DNA of 64,000 bases from Spirochaetales bacterium (lineage in GTDB: Bacteria; Spirochaetota; Spirochaetia; JAFGDJ01): assembly GCA_016932135.1 (NCBI GenBank), contig JAFGDJ010000178.1, positions 3,329 to 67,328 on the forward strand, read 5' to 3'. The notes under the pieces are model-generated. The model was given only the letters and a program-made list of their open reading frames with translations. It had not been told where the DNA came from and did no database searches. A program made the position numbers and the translations under genes. Shown here one piece after another: positions 9,214-19,688 of the stretch (positions are counted from its first letter, which is position 1; each line of letters starts with the position of its first letter).

Positions 9214-10722
9214 CTATGTCAGGAGGGTGAGTACCGCCAAACCGATAAACAGAATCCCCGTTCCGATCTTAACTTTTCCCAGGTGCCGCTGAAACAATCC
9301 TGTGATTTTTTCAGAACTTACCCCCGTGTAGGTTAGGAGAAACACCGTAGCCAGGGGCACAATAAAGCCGAGATTATACACCAAGAGGAGAAGATATCCT
9401 ACCATCTGTTGTTCCACTTGTACCAGATAGGCGATGGTAGGGAAATACACCTGCCCGGTGCAGCCCAATTCAAAGACCGAAACAAAAAAACCCATGAGAA
9501 TCGAACTCCCCACCAGTGCACCGGAACGGGTATAGGTTCTCACGGAGGTATGAATCCGCTTTTTCATGGCGGTGGGTAACTGCAGGATGATATCCTTGGC
9601 TCTTCCCTTTTTAATGATTCGGTAATCGTAAAAACTGATCCCGGCAAAGATAAGGAGAACCGCCACCAGGATGACCCGGATAATCTTGCCGATAATGGGA
9701 AAAGAACCGGCCAGGCGCAGGGTTTTAAAAAACCCCAACCCGATAAGGGCATAGGTGACAAACACGGTGGCCGTGAAGAACAGGCCGATGATTAAAATTT
9801 CCCGGCGGGATTTTCCGGCCAGGGTTAGAGCGGCCAGAAGAAAGATCAGGGTGGTAAAGGCACAAGGGTTTATACCGTCCAGCAGGCCGGCCAGAATAAC
9901 CGGCAACACCAGGAGTTTGTCTCCCCCCACCATTTCCAGACCCGGTCGGTATACAGGGGCTGTATACTGACTTCCTTGAATCTCCGCTGTAACGGCTTTG
10001 CGGAATTCCCGATGGATGTCTTTCTCTCCCTGAAGAACCGTATTCCCCAGGATAAGCACCGGAAAGGCGTTACTTTCGATCCCCAGTTCATCTATCTTCT
10101 TCTGAAAAGCCTCGAAGTTTTTTCCTTCCAGCACATCCACCGATTTCATGGAAAGATCCACGGAGAGCTTCTTTTCAATTCGGGGAACTTCTTTTTGCAG
10201 GAATTCGATGCAACTCTTACAGGTGGGAGAATAATAATATTCCACCACCAGTTCTCCCGGTTCCTCCGGCTGCTCTTCCACGGGGGTTGCCGAAGACGGG
10301 CCGGCATCCTTCATCGGTACGACACCGGAGGCTTGAAACAGTCCTTTTGGCAGGTCGGGATCGGTGGTCAGGACAATAACGTATTTTTCGAAGGAGCCCT
10401 GGTCGTCGCTGCTATCGTAAAAGAAGGTTACAAGCCGCGTTTCTTCCCGGGGAATGGATACTTTGTAATCTTGAGGGTAAAAACAATCACAGGTTGATAT
10501 AAACTCTACATCCACAGCTTCAAGGCCGGTATTTTTAATCTCCACATCCAGGGTTACCACCACTCCCTGTTTTAGTTCACCCAGGTCCCAGAAGGAAGGG
10601 GTAAAGAGAATCTCTGCGTAGAGTGAAAAATGTACACCCAAAAGGCAAAAGAAAGAGAACAGCCGGAAAAAGGTGTTTCTCCTACTTAGGATCTTCACGC
10701 AGTCTCCCCACCAGCTGGGCAT
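9214..10722 (-). CDS. fusion protein: DUF1573 domain + thioredoxin-like CxxC + DsbD/CcdA-like transmembrane thiol-disulfide domain
   Basis: N-terminal signal/TM, then a DUF1573-like block (LGELKQGVVVTLDVEIKNTG...STCDC), a CxxC (SPTCKSC), and a C-terminal 6-TM domain with GINPCAF and ELGCTG cysteines typical of the DsbD_2/CcdA family. Confidence 0.55.
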   Translation of the reverse strand: MPSWWGDCVKILSRRNTFFRLFSFFCLLGVHFSLYAEILFTPSFWDLGELKQGVVVTLDVEIKNTGLEAVDVEFISTCDCFYPQDYKVSIPREETRLVTFFYDSSDDQGSFEKYVIVLTTDPDLPKGLFQASGVVPMKDAGPSSATPVEEQPEEPGELVVEYYYSPTCKSCIEFLQKEVPRIEKKLSVDLSMKSVDVLEGKNFEAFQKKIDELGIESNAFPVLILGNTVLQGEKDIHREFRKAVTAEIQGSQYTAPVYRPGLEMVGGDKLLVLPVILAGLLDGINPCAFTTLIFLLAALTLAGKSRREILIIGLFFTATVFVTYALIGLGFFKTLRLAGSFPIIGKIIRVILVAVLLIFAGISFYDYRIIKKGRAKDIILQLPTAMKKRIHTSVRTYTRSGALVGSSILMGFFVSVFELGCTGQVYFPTIAYLVQVEQQMVGYLLLLVYNLGFIVPLATVFLLTYTGVSSEKITGLFQRHLGKVKIGTGILFIGLAVLTLLT

Positions 10723-11611
10723 AATAATCCTGGATCCGTTTTCTTACTGACGGGAAGTCCGGAGCGGATTTGTAATCGAAGGTTTGGAAGAAATTTTTAT
10801 ATGAGAGGATATTTCCTCGGCGGATTTCCAGATCTAATACACCGACCCGATTACCATTTTCACCGGGAGACACGATAAGGGTTTTTTCAATCATGACGGC
10901 GTCCACCAGACGCTGCTCATGCCCCACCAACAGGACGTCAATTCCATCAACCTCAGCAGCCAGTTCTTCGGCAAAGCTCAATGAACCATGAAACATACCG
11001 ATAATCAGGTCTGCGCCTAAGGACGACAGCTGTCCTACCAACCGCTCCGCCGCCTCCCGGGGAGGCTCAAGATCAATGGCTTCGGTGATTGTTTTAGGGT
11101 AAAAATAGAAAACCTCAGGATGAAGGAGAGCGAATACTCCCAGTTTTACCCCGTTTCTTTCTATGATCCTAGGACCCGATGAAAATGGCTGGGCGGAATT
11201 ACCGGACAAGAAAGAAATATTGTTACAGAGCAGGGGGTAGTCGTCTCTGTACCCGGCCAGAGCCTCCAGACCGTTGGAAAATTCCTGGTCTCCCAAAGAG
11301 ATAAGGGTATACTCCAGTTCCTTGTAGGTTTCAAGGATATATGCCGCCAGCAGATCATCCGGTTTTACATCCAGAATATCACCCGCCTCGAAGAGGACGG
11401 AGGTATTACGATCTCTTTCGTTAAGAAACACCCCCGTTTTTACCAGCCCGGAACGGGGCTGCCCTTTACAGTCGCACCCGTCTAAATTGCCGTTCAAGGA
11501 AGCGGTGTAATATATCGTCAGAGCGGTTTTTGTCTGCTGAGCTCCCAGGCTCAAGGAACCAAGAAAACAGAGAAGCAGGGAAATTATGAGAATGCACCTT
11601 TTTCTATTCAC
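10682..11611 (-). CDS. secreted metallophosphoesterase / 5'-nucleotidase-like protein
   Basis: Signal peptide and calcineurin-like phosphoesterase motifs. It has a GTG start and overlaps the downstream gene by 41 nt. Confidence 0.55.
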   Translation of the reverse strand: MNRKRCILIISLLLCFLGSLSLGAQQTKTALTIYYTASLNGNLDGCDCKGQPRSGLVKTGVFLNERDRNTSVLFEAGDILDVKPDDLLAAYILETYKELEYTLISLGDQEFSNGLEALAGYRDDYPLLCNNISFLSGNSAQPFSSGPRIIERNGVKLGVFALLHPEVFYFYPKTITEAIDLEPPREAAERLVGQLSSLGADLIIGMFHGSLSFAEELAAEVDGIDVLLVGHEQRLVDAVMIEKTLIVSPGENGNRVGVLDLEIRRGNILSYKNFFQTFDYKSAPDFPSVRKRIQDYYAQLVGRLREDPK

Positions 11612-11635
11612 GAAAGACCTCCAAAAGAGGAAGTG

Positions 11636-12139
11636 TCAGCCGTTATCGGTGGACAGGAAAGCCTCCAAATCTTTAATCATGGCTTCCGACTTTCCTTCCA
11701 GGCGATAGATAATTTTACCCTGAGGATTCACCAGAATGAGGGTCGGCAGATTTGTAACGGCGTATTTATCCGCCATAACGCTGTATCTATCTACCAGCAC
11801 CGGGACAGGGGTTGGGCGAGCATCAAAAAAGGGTTTTAAAACCGTCGCGCCATCCTTATCCGTGGCGACCAGATAAGTTAACAGACCTTTATTCTGGTAT
11901 CGAAGGTAGAGGTCTTCAATAAGAGGAAGCTTCTCTTTACAAGGTTCACACCAGGTGGCAAAGAAATCTAAAAGCACCCAGTTCTCTCCATTGAAAATAT
12001 TCTTCGAGTAAACATAAGCTTTATCCATTCCCGGCAGCACAAAGGGAGCCGCTTCATCTCCCACATCCAAGGCTGTCCCTGAAACAGACACCAATAACAC
12101 AATTAGTAGTACCATCCACCATGTCTTTTTCATGTTCAT
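11636..12139 (-). CDS. TlpA/ResA-like periplasmic thiol-disulfide oxidoreductase
   Basis: Signal peptide and thioredoxin motif WCEPC. Confidence 0.75.
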   Translation of the reverse strand: MNMKKTWWMVLLIVLLVSVSGTALDVGDEAAPFVLPGMDKAYVYSKNIFNGENWVLLDFFATWCEPCKEKLPLIEDLYLRYQNKGLLTYLVATDKDGATVLKPFFDARPTPVPVLVDRYSVMADKYAVTNLPTLILVNPQGKIIYRLEGKSEAMIKDLEAFLSTDNG

Positions 12140-12206
12140 AGTATGACTGACTCCCCTTCGTATTGCAAGTATTTTTTAGTCAGGCCTTCCGTTCAAGAGG
12201 CCTTCT

Positions 12207-14705
12207 TCAAGACTGTACCACCGCCGGTTCAGGCGCCTTTTTCATTTTCTTCACGCTGAATTTCAAGGTATCCTTGGTCAACGTCACGTTGACGTAATCC
12301 CCTACCTTGATATTTCCCTTAAGAAGTTCCATGGAAAGGGGGTCCTCCAGATCTTTCTGCAGAACCCGCCGTAAAGGCCTGGCTCCATATTTAGGGTCAT
12401 ACCCCTTTTGAATAAGATGATCCTTTGCCGGGGCTTTGACGTCCAGAATAATGTCCATGTCCAGAAGCCTGGAGGTTACCTCTGCCAGCATAAGATCAAA
12501 GATCTGCTTGATCTGAGAATCGCTGAGACTGTGAAACACCACGATTTCATCCACTCGATTGATGAACTCCGGACGAAAAACCCGTTTTAACTCCGTCATG
12601 GCGGAGTTCTTTATTTCGCTGTAATTCATCAATCCGTCGACTTCGTGGAACCCTAAAGAGGTTTCCCGGGATATCTCCCGGGCACCGGCATTGGATGTCA
12701 TGATCAGGACGGTATTCCGAAAAGAAACCTTATGCCCCAGGTTGTCCTGCAGTTCACCCTCTTCGAGGACCTGTAGCAGAATGTTGAAGACATCCGGATG
12801 GGCTTTCTCGATCTCGTCGAGGAGGACCACGCTATAGGGTCTTCGGCGGATCTTTTCCGTCAGCAGCCCCCCTTCGTCATACCCGACATATCCGGGAGGG
12901 GCCCCTACCAGCCGGGAAACGTTATGTTTTTCCATAAAATCGGACATATCAATCCGCACAAGAGCGTCTTCATTTCCAAAGAGGAATTCCGCCAGGGTTT
13001 TTGCCAGGAGCGTCTTACCTACGCCGGTGGGTCCGAGAAAAATGAAGGAGCCCATAGGGCGTTTTGGTGAGCTGATGCCTGTTCTGGATCTCCGGATAGC
13101 CGCGGCCATGACTTTTATCGATTCATCCTGGCCGATAACTCTTTTATGAAGTTCGTCTTCGATATGAAGCAGTTTTTCCGATTCCGTCTCAACAATTCTT
13201 GAAAGAGGTATACCGGTGATCTGTGAAATGATGGCGTGGATATCTTCTTCATCCACCTGGTTCTTTTCCACCCTGAGGGATGTCTGCCAGCCCTTCTTGA
13301 TATCTTCCAGGTCTTCTTTCAGCCTTCGTATCATGTCTCGGGCGGCGGCGGCTTTCTCGTAATTCTGGCTGTTCACCAGGGCTAACTTTTCCGCGTTCAG
13401 ATTCTCGATCTGTTTCTCGATTTCAGCGATTTCCTTGGGCCGCACACTGTTGTTGATCTTCTTGTCTGAACCGGCCTCATCGATGAGATCGATGGCCTTA
13501 TCGGGCAGGAAACGGTCGGAAATATATCTGGAAGAAAGCCTGGCCGCCGCTTCCAGGGCTTTCATGGTATAACTTACATTGTGATGTTCTTCATACCGCT
13601 CTTTGATCCCCTTGAGAATCTCGATAGTATCTTCCACCGTCGGTTCATCCACAAAAATCGTTTGAAAACGTCTTTCCAAAGCAGCATCCCGTTCAATATA
13701 TTTCCTGTATTCATCCAGGGTTGTCGCGCCGACACACTGGAGTTCTCCCCGGGACAGGGCGGGTTTCAGCATGTTCGAAGCGTCTATGGCTCCTTCCGCA
13801 CCGCCGGCACCGATAATGGTGTGAAGTTCATCGATAAACAGAATGACATTATCCGCCAGGGCTATTTCTTTCATCACCCGTTTGAGTCTTTCTTCAAATT
13901 CACCCCGGTACTTTGTCCCGGCGATGAGAGAAGCCAGGTCCAGGGTGATAACCCGCCGATCCAGAAGGACGTCGGGAGCGCTTCCATCGGTAATCCGTTG
14001 AGCCAAGCCTTCAACAATGGCGGTTTTTCCAACCCCGGGTTCTCCGATGAGCACCGGATTGTTTTTATTTCTTCTGGCCAGAATCTGGATAACCCGTTGA
14101 ATCTCCTTTTCCCGCCCGATGACCGGATCAAGCTTATTTTCCTTGGCGTATTCCGTAAGATCCCGGGAGAATTCATCCAAAGTCGGGGTAGCCTTCTTCC
14201 CAGGAGCCTGGGGCTTCCGTTTCTGCTGCCCCTGCCCGATTAAGGGTGGTTTCTTTTCCGCACTTGCAGCCTGGGACAGTTCGATGATTGTTTTTCGTAT
14301 ACCCTCGGCCGTTATTCCCCGCTTCGTAAGATAGTCGCTTAAGATGCTGTCCTTTTCCGAGGCTGCCGCCAGAAGCAGATGCTCCGTGCCGATGTAATCA
14401 TGAGATAACTTCCGGGCTTCCTCCGCCGAAAGTTCCAGCATCTTTTTACCTCGGCTGGAGGGAGGCACATCACCCAGGATAAAACCGGCGTGTTTCTTGG
14501 TAATGTGTTTTTCTATTTCCAGTTGAAGTTCCCCCGGGTCAACCTGCAGTTTAAGCAGAGCCCGATAGCCCAGCCCCTCGCCTTCCTTTAAAAGAGCTAA
14601 TAATATATGTTCAGGCTGAAGCTGATCGGAATGAAACCGTTTCGCTTCTTCCTGAGCGTAGGTAGTCAATATACGTTGTGCCCGTTGTGTTAAACCTTTG
14701 AACAT
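12207..14705 (-). CDS. clpC: ATP-dependent Clp protease ATP-binding subunit ClpC
   Basis: Two Clp_N repeats, two AAA+ modules (GEPGVGKT and GPTGVGKT), and a UVR-like linker. Confidence 0.9.
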   Translation of the reverse strand: MFKGLTQRAQRILTTYAQEEAKRFHSDQLQPEHILLALLKEGEGLGYRALLKLQVDPGELQLEIEKHITKKHAGFILGDVPPSSRGKKMLELSAEEARKLSHDYIGTEHLLLAAASEKDSILSDYLTKRGITAEGIRKTIIELSQAASAEKKPPLIGQGQQKRKPQAPGKKATPTLDEFSRDLTEYAKENKLDPVIGREKEIQRVIQILARRNKNNPVLIGEPGVGKTAIVEGLAQRITDGSAPDVLLDRRVITLDLASLIAGTKYRGEFEERLKRVMKEIALADNVILFIDELHTIIGAGGAEGAIDASNMLKPALSRGELQCVGATTLDEYRKYIERDAALERRFQTIFVDEPTVEDTIEILKGIKERYEEHHNVSYTMKALEAAARLSSRYISDRFLPDKAIDLIDEAGSDKKINNSVRPKEIAEIEKQIENLNAEKLALVNSQNYEKAAAARDMIRRLKEDLEDIKKGWQTSLRVEKNQVDEEDIHAIISQITGIPLSRIVETESEKLLHIEDELHKRVIGQDESIKVMAAAIRRSRTGISSPKRPMGSFIFLGPTGVGKTLLAKTLAEFLFGNEDALVRIDMSDFMEKHNVSRLVGAPPGYVGYDEGGLLTEKIRRRPYSVVLLDEIEKAHPDVFNILLQVLEEGELQDNLGHKVSFRNTVLIMTSNAGAREISRETSLGFHEVDGLMNYSEIKNSAMTELKRVFRPEFINRVDEIVVFHSLSDSQIKQIFDLMLAEVTSRLLDMDIILDVKAPAKDHLIQKGYDPKYGARPLRRVLQKDLEDPLSMELLKGNIKVGDYVNVTLTKDTLKFSVKKMKKAPEPAVVQS

Positions 14706-14715
14706 CTAGGCCTCC

Positions 14716-15777
14716 TCATGTTGCGCTTCCCTTCAGTAACGTCTGGATGGTCTCGGCTCTGATTTTATCAAGCAGCCCGGACTCGCTTTCATCCTCCCGA
14801 TCCTTGGAGTAATGCTGCATGTGCGCCTTCTGCGTGACAAACTGAAGAGCGGTAAGATCTTCCAGCGAAACATTCAGCATTCCTAAAAGAACCCCAAACC
14901 GTAAGGTCGAGAGGTGTTCAATCGCTTCTCCGGCGGTAATTTTCCGGCAGTTGGTTAAAATGCCCCATGACCGGTATACCAGGTCTTCCATATCAAGATT
15001 CCGCCGGGAAAGCAGTTCTTCTCTCGCCTTCCTTTCATAATGTACCAATTGTATCCCCAGGTTTTCAAGTTTTTCCAGTATTTCTTTTTCACCGCTGCCC
15101 ATACTGAACTGATTCGCTACTTGATACATATCCCCCAGGGACAGATGCTCATCGGTGAAATAACCTTTCACGTTCATCCCCAGTTGGACAATGGCTTTCA
15201 AGGCTTTCTCAATCAGTCCGGTTCTCACTAAGGCCGGCAGATGCATGAGCAGGGAAGCTCTGAAACCGCAGCCGGCGTTGGTAACATCGGGGGTAAGATA
15301 ACCGAAATCAATGGAAACGGCGTAATCCAGGGTATCTTCCAGGAAATCATCCAGCCGGTTTACCCTGTCAAAGGTCCGCTGAAGGTCAAGACCCGGCATG
15401 ATGCCTGAGAAGCGCAGGTGATCCTTCTCGTTGACCATCCCGGAGACTACCTGGTCTTTGGTTAGAAAAAAGGATTTGAAGGTTTTCAAGGAAAAATCCT
15501 GAGTTATCATATTCCTTTCCAGCAGGATACGCCGTTCCACCGGAGAAATATCACCCAGTTTTACAACATCCATGCTGTCGGGATTCTCTTTTCCCGCCAA
15601 AGCAGCGGAAATCAGGTTGTCCACCGCCGCTCGTTCTTCCTCTTCCATAATGTGGGGAAAACGGTAGCCCTGCAGGTTTCGTGACAACCGGACCCGGGAA
15701 GACACAATAACATCACTCTCCGGTCCCGGCGCGGCGTACCACCCCCGGGGTTCCAGAGGCGTACCGAAGTCTATCAT
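14716..15777 (-). CDS. mcsB: protein arginine kinase McsB (ATP:guanido phosphotransferase)
   Basis: Guanido kinase catalytic domain similarity; 353 aa, located between mcsA and clpC. Confidence 0.8.
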   Translation of the reverse strand: MIDFGTPLEPRGWYAAPGPESDVIVSSRVRLSRNLQGYRFPHIMEEEERAAVDNLISAALAGKENPDSMDVVKLGDISPVERRILLERNMITQDFSLKTFKSFFLTKDQVVSGMVNEKDHLRFSGIMPGLDLQRTFDRVNRLDDFLEDTLDYAVSIDFGYLTPDVTNAGCGFRASLLMHLPALVRTGLIEKALKAIVQLGMNVKGYFTDEHLSLGDMYQVANQFSMGSGEKEILEKLENLGIQLVHYERKAREELLSRRNLDMEDLVYRSWGILTNCRKITAGEAIEHLSTLRFGVLLGMLNVSLEDLTALQFVTQKAHMQHYSKDREDESESGLLDKIRAETIQTLLKGSAT

Positions 15778-16283
15778 TCCTGGTCCTCCGCCGACCCGTC
15801 AAAAGAACGGATTCTGTCCCGCAGAGCCGCCGCGGCTTCGTAATCTTCCCGGGATACCGCTTCCTTCAACTGCTGCTTGAGAATCTGTTTATCCACCATA
15901 AGGACCTTGTAGGTTTTTAGTTTTTTCGGCAGCTTTCCACGATGCCTGGGGGTGCCCGCCACGTTCTCCAGCAAAGCGATAATATCCCTCCTGAAGAACT
16001 GATAGCACTCCGGACAGCCGGCTTTTCCTTTCTTGCGGAACTCCTGCAAGCTGAGGCCGCAGACGGAACACATTCCCTCCACCGGCTCGGTGCCCTTTTC
16101 AATGGGACCGTCCATAAGCCCCGTCAGAAGTTGAGAAACCGTGAGCTCGACAGTATTTTCCTGATCGGTGATACCCGATCGGGAGGCGCATTCGGCACAG
16201 AGGTGCACATCCACGGCTTTGTTTCCCATGATCTGTCGTACATGAATTGTAGCTTCATGGATCCCGCACATTTCACATTTCAT
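15774..16283 (-). CDS. mcsA: McsA-like activator (zinc-finger plus UVR domain)
   Basis: CxxC zinc-finger repeats (MKCEMCG, HLCAECA, CSVCG, CPEC) and a C-terminal UVR motif (EDYEAAAALRDRIR). The start is set at the internal ATG with SD GGAAAGGA; the track ORF begins at 16343. Confidence 0.7.
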   Translation of the reverse strand: MKCEMCGIHEATIHVRQIMGNKAVDVHLCAECASRSGITDQENTVELTVSQLLTGLMDGPIEKGTEPVEGMCSVCGLSLQEFRKKGKAGCPECYQFFRRDIIALLENVAGTPRHRGKLPKKLKTYKVLMVDKQILKQQLKEAVSREDYEAAAALRDRIRSFDGSAEDQE

Positions 16284-16447
16284 TCGACGGTCTATCCTTT
16301 CCCTGCCTCGTCTTCCCTTCAAGCCTTTTATAAAGGGTGTCATTTCTATTGTAATAAATATTCTTAAAAGTTTCCGGCAGGTTTAGATAAATATACTCTT
16401 TTTATGGCAAAAAGTGAACCTTTTCTCGGTCTTCAGGGTAGAGGTTC

Positions 16448-17743
16448 TTAATGTTTCTGGAGGATCTCCAAAGGCCGGAGCTTCCCTGCCCGGCAGGAGG
16501 GGATATAAGCGGCAAAAGTGGCGCAGAGAATTGAAAAAACCGAGATAAGCCATAGCTCGGAGAAATGAATCCGCACCGGTATTTCTTCCAGATAGAAGGA
16601 CGGGTCCAGGATATGAACACCTTCTTCAAGAGCTTCATTATTCATTCCTCTGAAAAAGCCGATGATCGTTTCCAAGCCCGAGAGTATCCCGTTGATATTT
16701 ACCGCCAAAAAAGTTCCCACGGCCATTCCAAGGATAGTGCCGAAGACTCCCAAAAAAAAGCCCGTTACAATAAACGAAGCCGCCAGGGTGGCCGGAGGCG
16801 TGCCCTGGCTTTTTAAGATGGCAATATCCTGCTCCTTCTCCAGAACCAGCATAATCATGGAAGAGGATATATTCACCGAGGCTACCAGGAGAATAAGGAG
16901 CATGATAAAAAGAAGGATGAATTTAGTGGTCTTGAAGGTTTCATACATGGGTTTTTCCAATTCATACCATGTATAGGCGTACCAGCCTTTGGGAAGATCC
17001 CTTTGAATTGCCATGGCGGTCTTTTCGATGCCGGCAAAGGGGTTTTCCACTTTGATGCCGTAATAAAAGGCCCCGGGACCGGGGAAAAGCCTCTCTCCCG
17101 TTTCCAGGGATACATAAGCGGTCAAGGCATCCAACTCGTAATAACCGGTAGAAAAGATCCCTGCCACGGTAAAGGTACTTGGCCGGATAACCACCCCCCT
17201 ACCTGTAGGGTTTGAAGACACCAGCAGCTTCACTTCATCTCCCGGTCCGACCTTCAACGCCGCGGCGATTTCAGCGCTGATCATGATGGCATCCGGTGAA
17301 AAAAGATCCATTTTACCGTCTTGGATCTCCAGGAATTCGGCGAACCCCCTGTCGGTTTCCATAATATCCGGCGGAAGAGCCTTTACTGAGACACCGTTTC
17401 GCTGTCCCTGGGCGTAGAGAAGCCCGTTTCCGTGATAAAAAGGACGAACCCAGCGAATCATCTCCTGGGATTCAAGCAACTCCTCCACGGTATCCTTCTG
17501 ATCCTCTTCAAAAGGATGAAAAACTCTTACCTGCAGGTGATTCGTTCCCAGTTCCACAAATCGTTCGGTTATCCCCTCGATCATACCGTTGGTAACCACG
17601 AGAACCACGTTCAAAGGTATCAGTGAAAGGGCAATACCCATGACCGCGCTGGACATCCGCCAGAGACTTCCTCCTTTGTGCCGATAGGCTAAAAGGTTCC
17701 TTAAACCGGTATATAAGGCAAAGGTGAGGTTCAGCCTTCGCAT
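16448..17743 (-). CDS. LolE/LolC-like lipoprotein-releasing system permease (FtsX family)
   Basis: MacB-like periplasmic domain and FtsX C-terminal TM bundle. Confidence 0.75.
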   Translation of the reverse strand: MRRLNLTFALYTGLRNLLAYRHKGGSLWRMSSAVMGIALSLIPLNVVLVVTNGMIEGITERFVELGTNHLQVRVFHPFEEDQKDTVEELLESQEMIRWVRPFYHGNGLLYAQGQRNGVSVKALPPDIMETDRGFAEFLEIQDGKMDLFSPDAIMISAEIAAALKVGPGDEVKLLVSSNPTGRGVVIRPSTFTVAGIFSTGYYELDALTAYVSLETGERLFPGPGAFYYGIKVENPFAGIEKTAMAIQRDLPKGWYAYTWYELEKPMYETFKTTKFILLFIMLLILLVASVNISSSMIMLVLEKEQDIAILKSQGTPPATLAASFIVTGFFLGVFGTILGMAVGTFLAVNINGILSGLETIIGFFRGMNNEALEEGVHILDPSFYLEEIPVRIHFSELWLISVFSILCATFAAYIPSCRAGKLRPLEILQKH

Positions 17744-18405
17744 AACCTGCCGTCTTCCAGAATAAAGGATTGATCGCCGTACTCTTTTAAGTGGTTGTCA
17801 TGGGTAACCAGCACCAGGGTCTTCCCCACGGAGCGAACCAGCTGAAACAGGATTTCTTCCACCTTCCTGGAATTCCTTTCATCCAGGTTTCCTGTCGGCT
17901 CGTCCGCCAGAACCACCGGCGGGTCGTTTATCAGGGAACGGGCCACAGCTACCCGCTGCCGCTCCCCCCCGGAAAGCTGGGAAGGAAAATGATCCAGCCG
18001 GTTTTCCATTCCCACGGCTGTAAGGAGCTCCGCCGCCTTATCGAGAGCATCCTTTTTATTCATGCCTCTCATAAAAGCGGGGACCATCACGTTCTCCCGG
18101 GCGGTAAAGTCTTTCATCAGATAGTGAAACTGAAAAATAAACCCCACGGTGGCCGAACGAAAGTCGGTCAATTCATCCTCCGACATGGAGTGAAGGGGAT
18201 GCCCCGCTACGTGGATCGTTCCTTCCGTCACGGAGTCCAGGGCACCGATCATATTCAGCAGGGTACTTTTGCCGCTGCCGCTCTCACCGGTTATGATAAT
18301 TATACTTCCGTCGGACCATTGAGCGTCCACCCCGCTGATAATCTCAAGATGTTCCGGGCCGATATCATATACTTTTTTCACCTGCTGCAGTTCGATGATC
18401 GCCAT
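17731..18405 (-). CDS. lolD: lipoprotein-releasing ABC transporter ATP-binding protein LolD
   Basis: Walker [10 protein letters not shown], signature [13 protein letters not shown], Walker [12 protein letters not shown]. Confidence 0.85.
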   Translation of the reverse strand: MAIIELQQVKKVYDIGPEHLEIISGVDAQWSDGSIIIITGESGSGKSTLLNMIGALDSVTEGTIHVAGHPLHSMSEDELTDFRSATVGFIFQFHYLMKDFTARENVMVPAFMRGMNKKDALDKAAELLTAVGMENRLDHFPSQLSGGERQRVAVARSLINDPPVVLADEPTGNLDERNSRKVEEILFQLVRSVGKTLVLVTHDNHLKEYGDQSFILEDGRLCEG

Positions 18406-18407
18406 GA

Positions 18408-19688
18408 TTATTCGTACCTTAATACCTGTTGAGGATAAATATAAGAGACCCGGCCGGAGGCGGCATACGCCGCCAGAGCCGTCGAGGCTACGGCGAATGA
18501 AAAGACCGCCAACACTTCATGGAACAGTATCCGTACCGGAACTTCAAGAAGATAGAAGGATTCGCCCGATATCAAAGCCGATCCTCCTGCCGAATTTCCC
18601 CTGGGACGAAGGATCCAGTTCACCAGCCCTTCCAGAGCGTTAAAGATCATTTGCAGATTTCCGGCCGTTAAAAGCCCCAAAAGAAGACCGATAAGGGCAC
18701 CGGTCAAACCAATGAACGCCCCGTCCAATAGAAAAATCAAACGAATCGATCCTGGATTCCCTCCCACACTCTTGAGGATTCCGATCTCTTCCTGCCGCTC
18801 GTAGACCGCTCTTCGCTGGGAATGAAAGATATTCACTCCCACCACAAGAAACATGAGTCCCACCAGGAACATCATGGCCAGTTTTTCCATTCTCAAAGCT
18901 CCGAAGAAGGACTTATTGTATTCTCTCCAGGAAATCACGGAGAGTCCTTCCGGCAGAAGGCTGCTTTCCAGGACTTTCATCACGGGGGTATCTTTGAAAC
19001 GATTAATCAGTTTCACCCCCAGAATCACCCCATCGGAAGACGTCGATTCCTCCAGATATGCGGCATCCTCCAGGGATATGAAGGCCAGGTTTTTATCGAA
19101 ATCGTAATAACCGCTTTGAAACAGGCCGGTAACGGTGAAATCCACGGTGCCGGGCCGAAACAGGCTACCCTGTTCTGAGGCGAAGGAGATCAAGGATATC
19201 TTGTCGCCCAGATGAATTCCCGCTTGCAGCGCGTATTCATAGCCTAATACCAGGGATCGGGGAGTACTCAAATCGAAGGAACCCCGAAGAAGGTTCAATT
19301 GTTTTATCAGCGAGGGATCCTTTTCACCGGCCTCCGGAGGCACACAGCGTAAAAGAAGAGACTCATAATTCTCGAAATCCCCTCGGGCCAGGGTTTGAAT
19401 GTCCCGAAAGGGGAGAACCGACCGAACCCCCTTCATTTGCAGAAGTTGCGCCGAAAGATCCTCCACCTGCCGGGGGGGGACAGAGGTGATCCGCAGGTGG
19501 TATGAACTTATCTCGAGGATATCCTCAATAAAACCCAGCTGCAGGCCGTTCATCACCCCCAGGACCACGATAAGCGTCATGACCCCTACCGACAGGCCGA
19601 GAATCTGCAACGACTGGGGTGAAATTTTCCCCATGGCCCGTTTATTTCTAAAATAACGCGCCGCTATGAAAAAAACCCATCTTTTCAC
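18408..19688 (-). CDS. LolC/LolE-like permease (FtsX family)
   Basis: Second FtsX-family permease of the lol locus; GTG start. Confidence 0.7.
   Translation of the reverse strand: MKRWVFFIAARYFRNKRAMGKISPQSLQILGLSVGVMTLIVVLGVMNGLQLGFIEDILEISSYHLRITSVPPRQVEDLSAQLLQMKGVRSVLPFRDIQTLARGDFENYESLLLRCVPPEAGEKDPSLIKQLNLLRGSFDLSTPRSLVLGYEYALQAGIHLGDKISLISFASEQGSLFRPGTVDFTVTGLFQSGYYDFDKNLAFISLEDAAYLEESTSSDGVILGVKLINRFKDTPVMKVLESSLLPEGLSVISWREYNKSFFGALRMEKLAMMFLVGLMFLVVGVNIFHSQRRAVYERQEEIGILKSVGGNPGSIRLIFLLDGAFIGLTGALIGLLLGLLTAGNLQMIFNALEGLVNWILRPRGNSAGGSALISGESFYLLEVPVRILFHEVLAVFSFAVASTALAAYAASGRVSYIYPQQVLRYE

Noticed and set aside
16344-16447. Possible CtsR box or CIRCE upstream of mcsA.
   Set aside because: No GGTCAAA/TTTGACC heptads or TTAGCACTC-N9-GAGTGCTAA were found on either strand.
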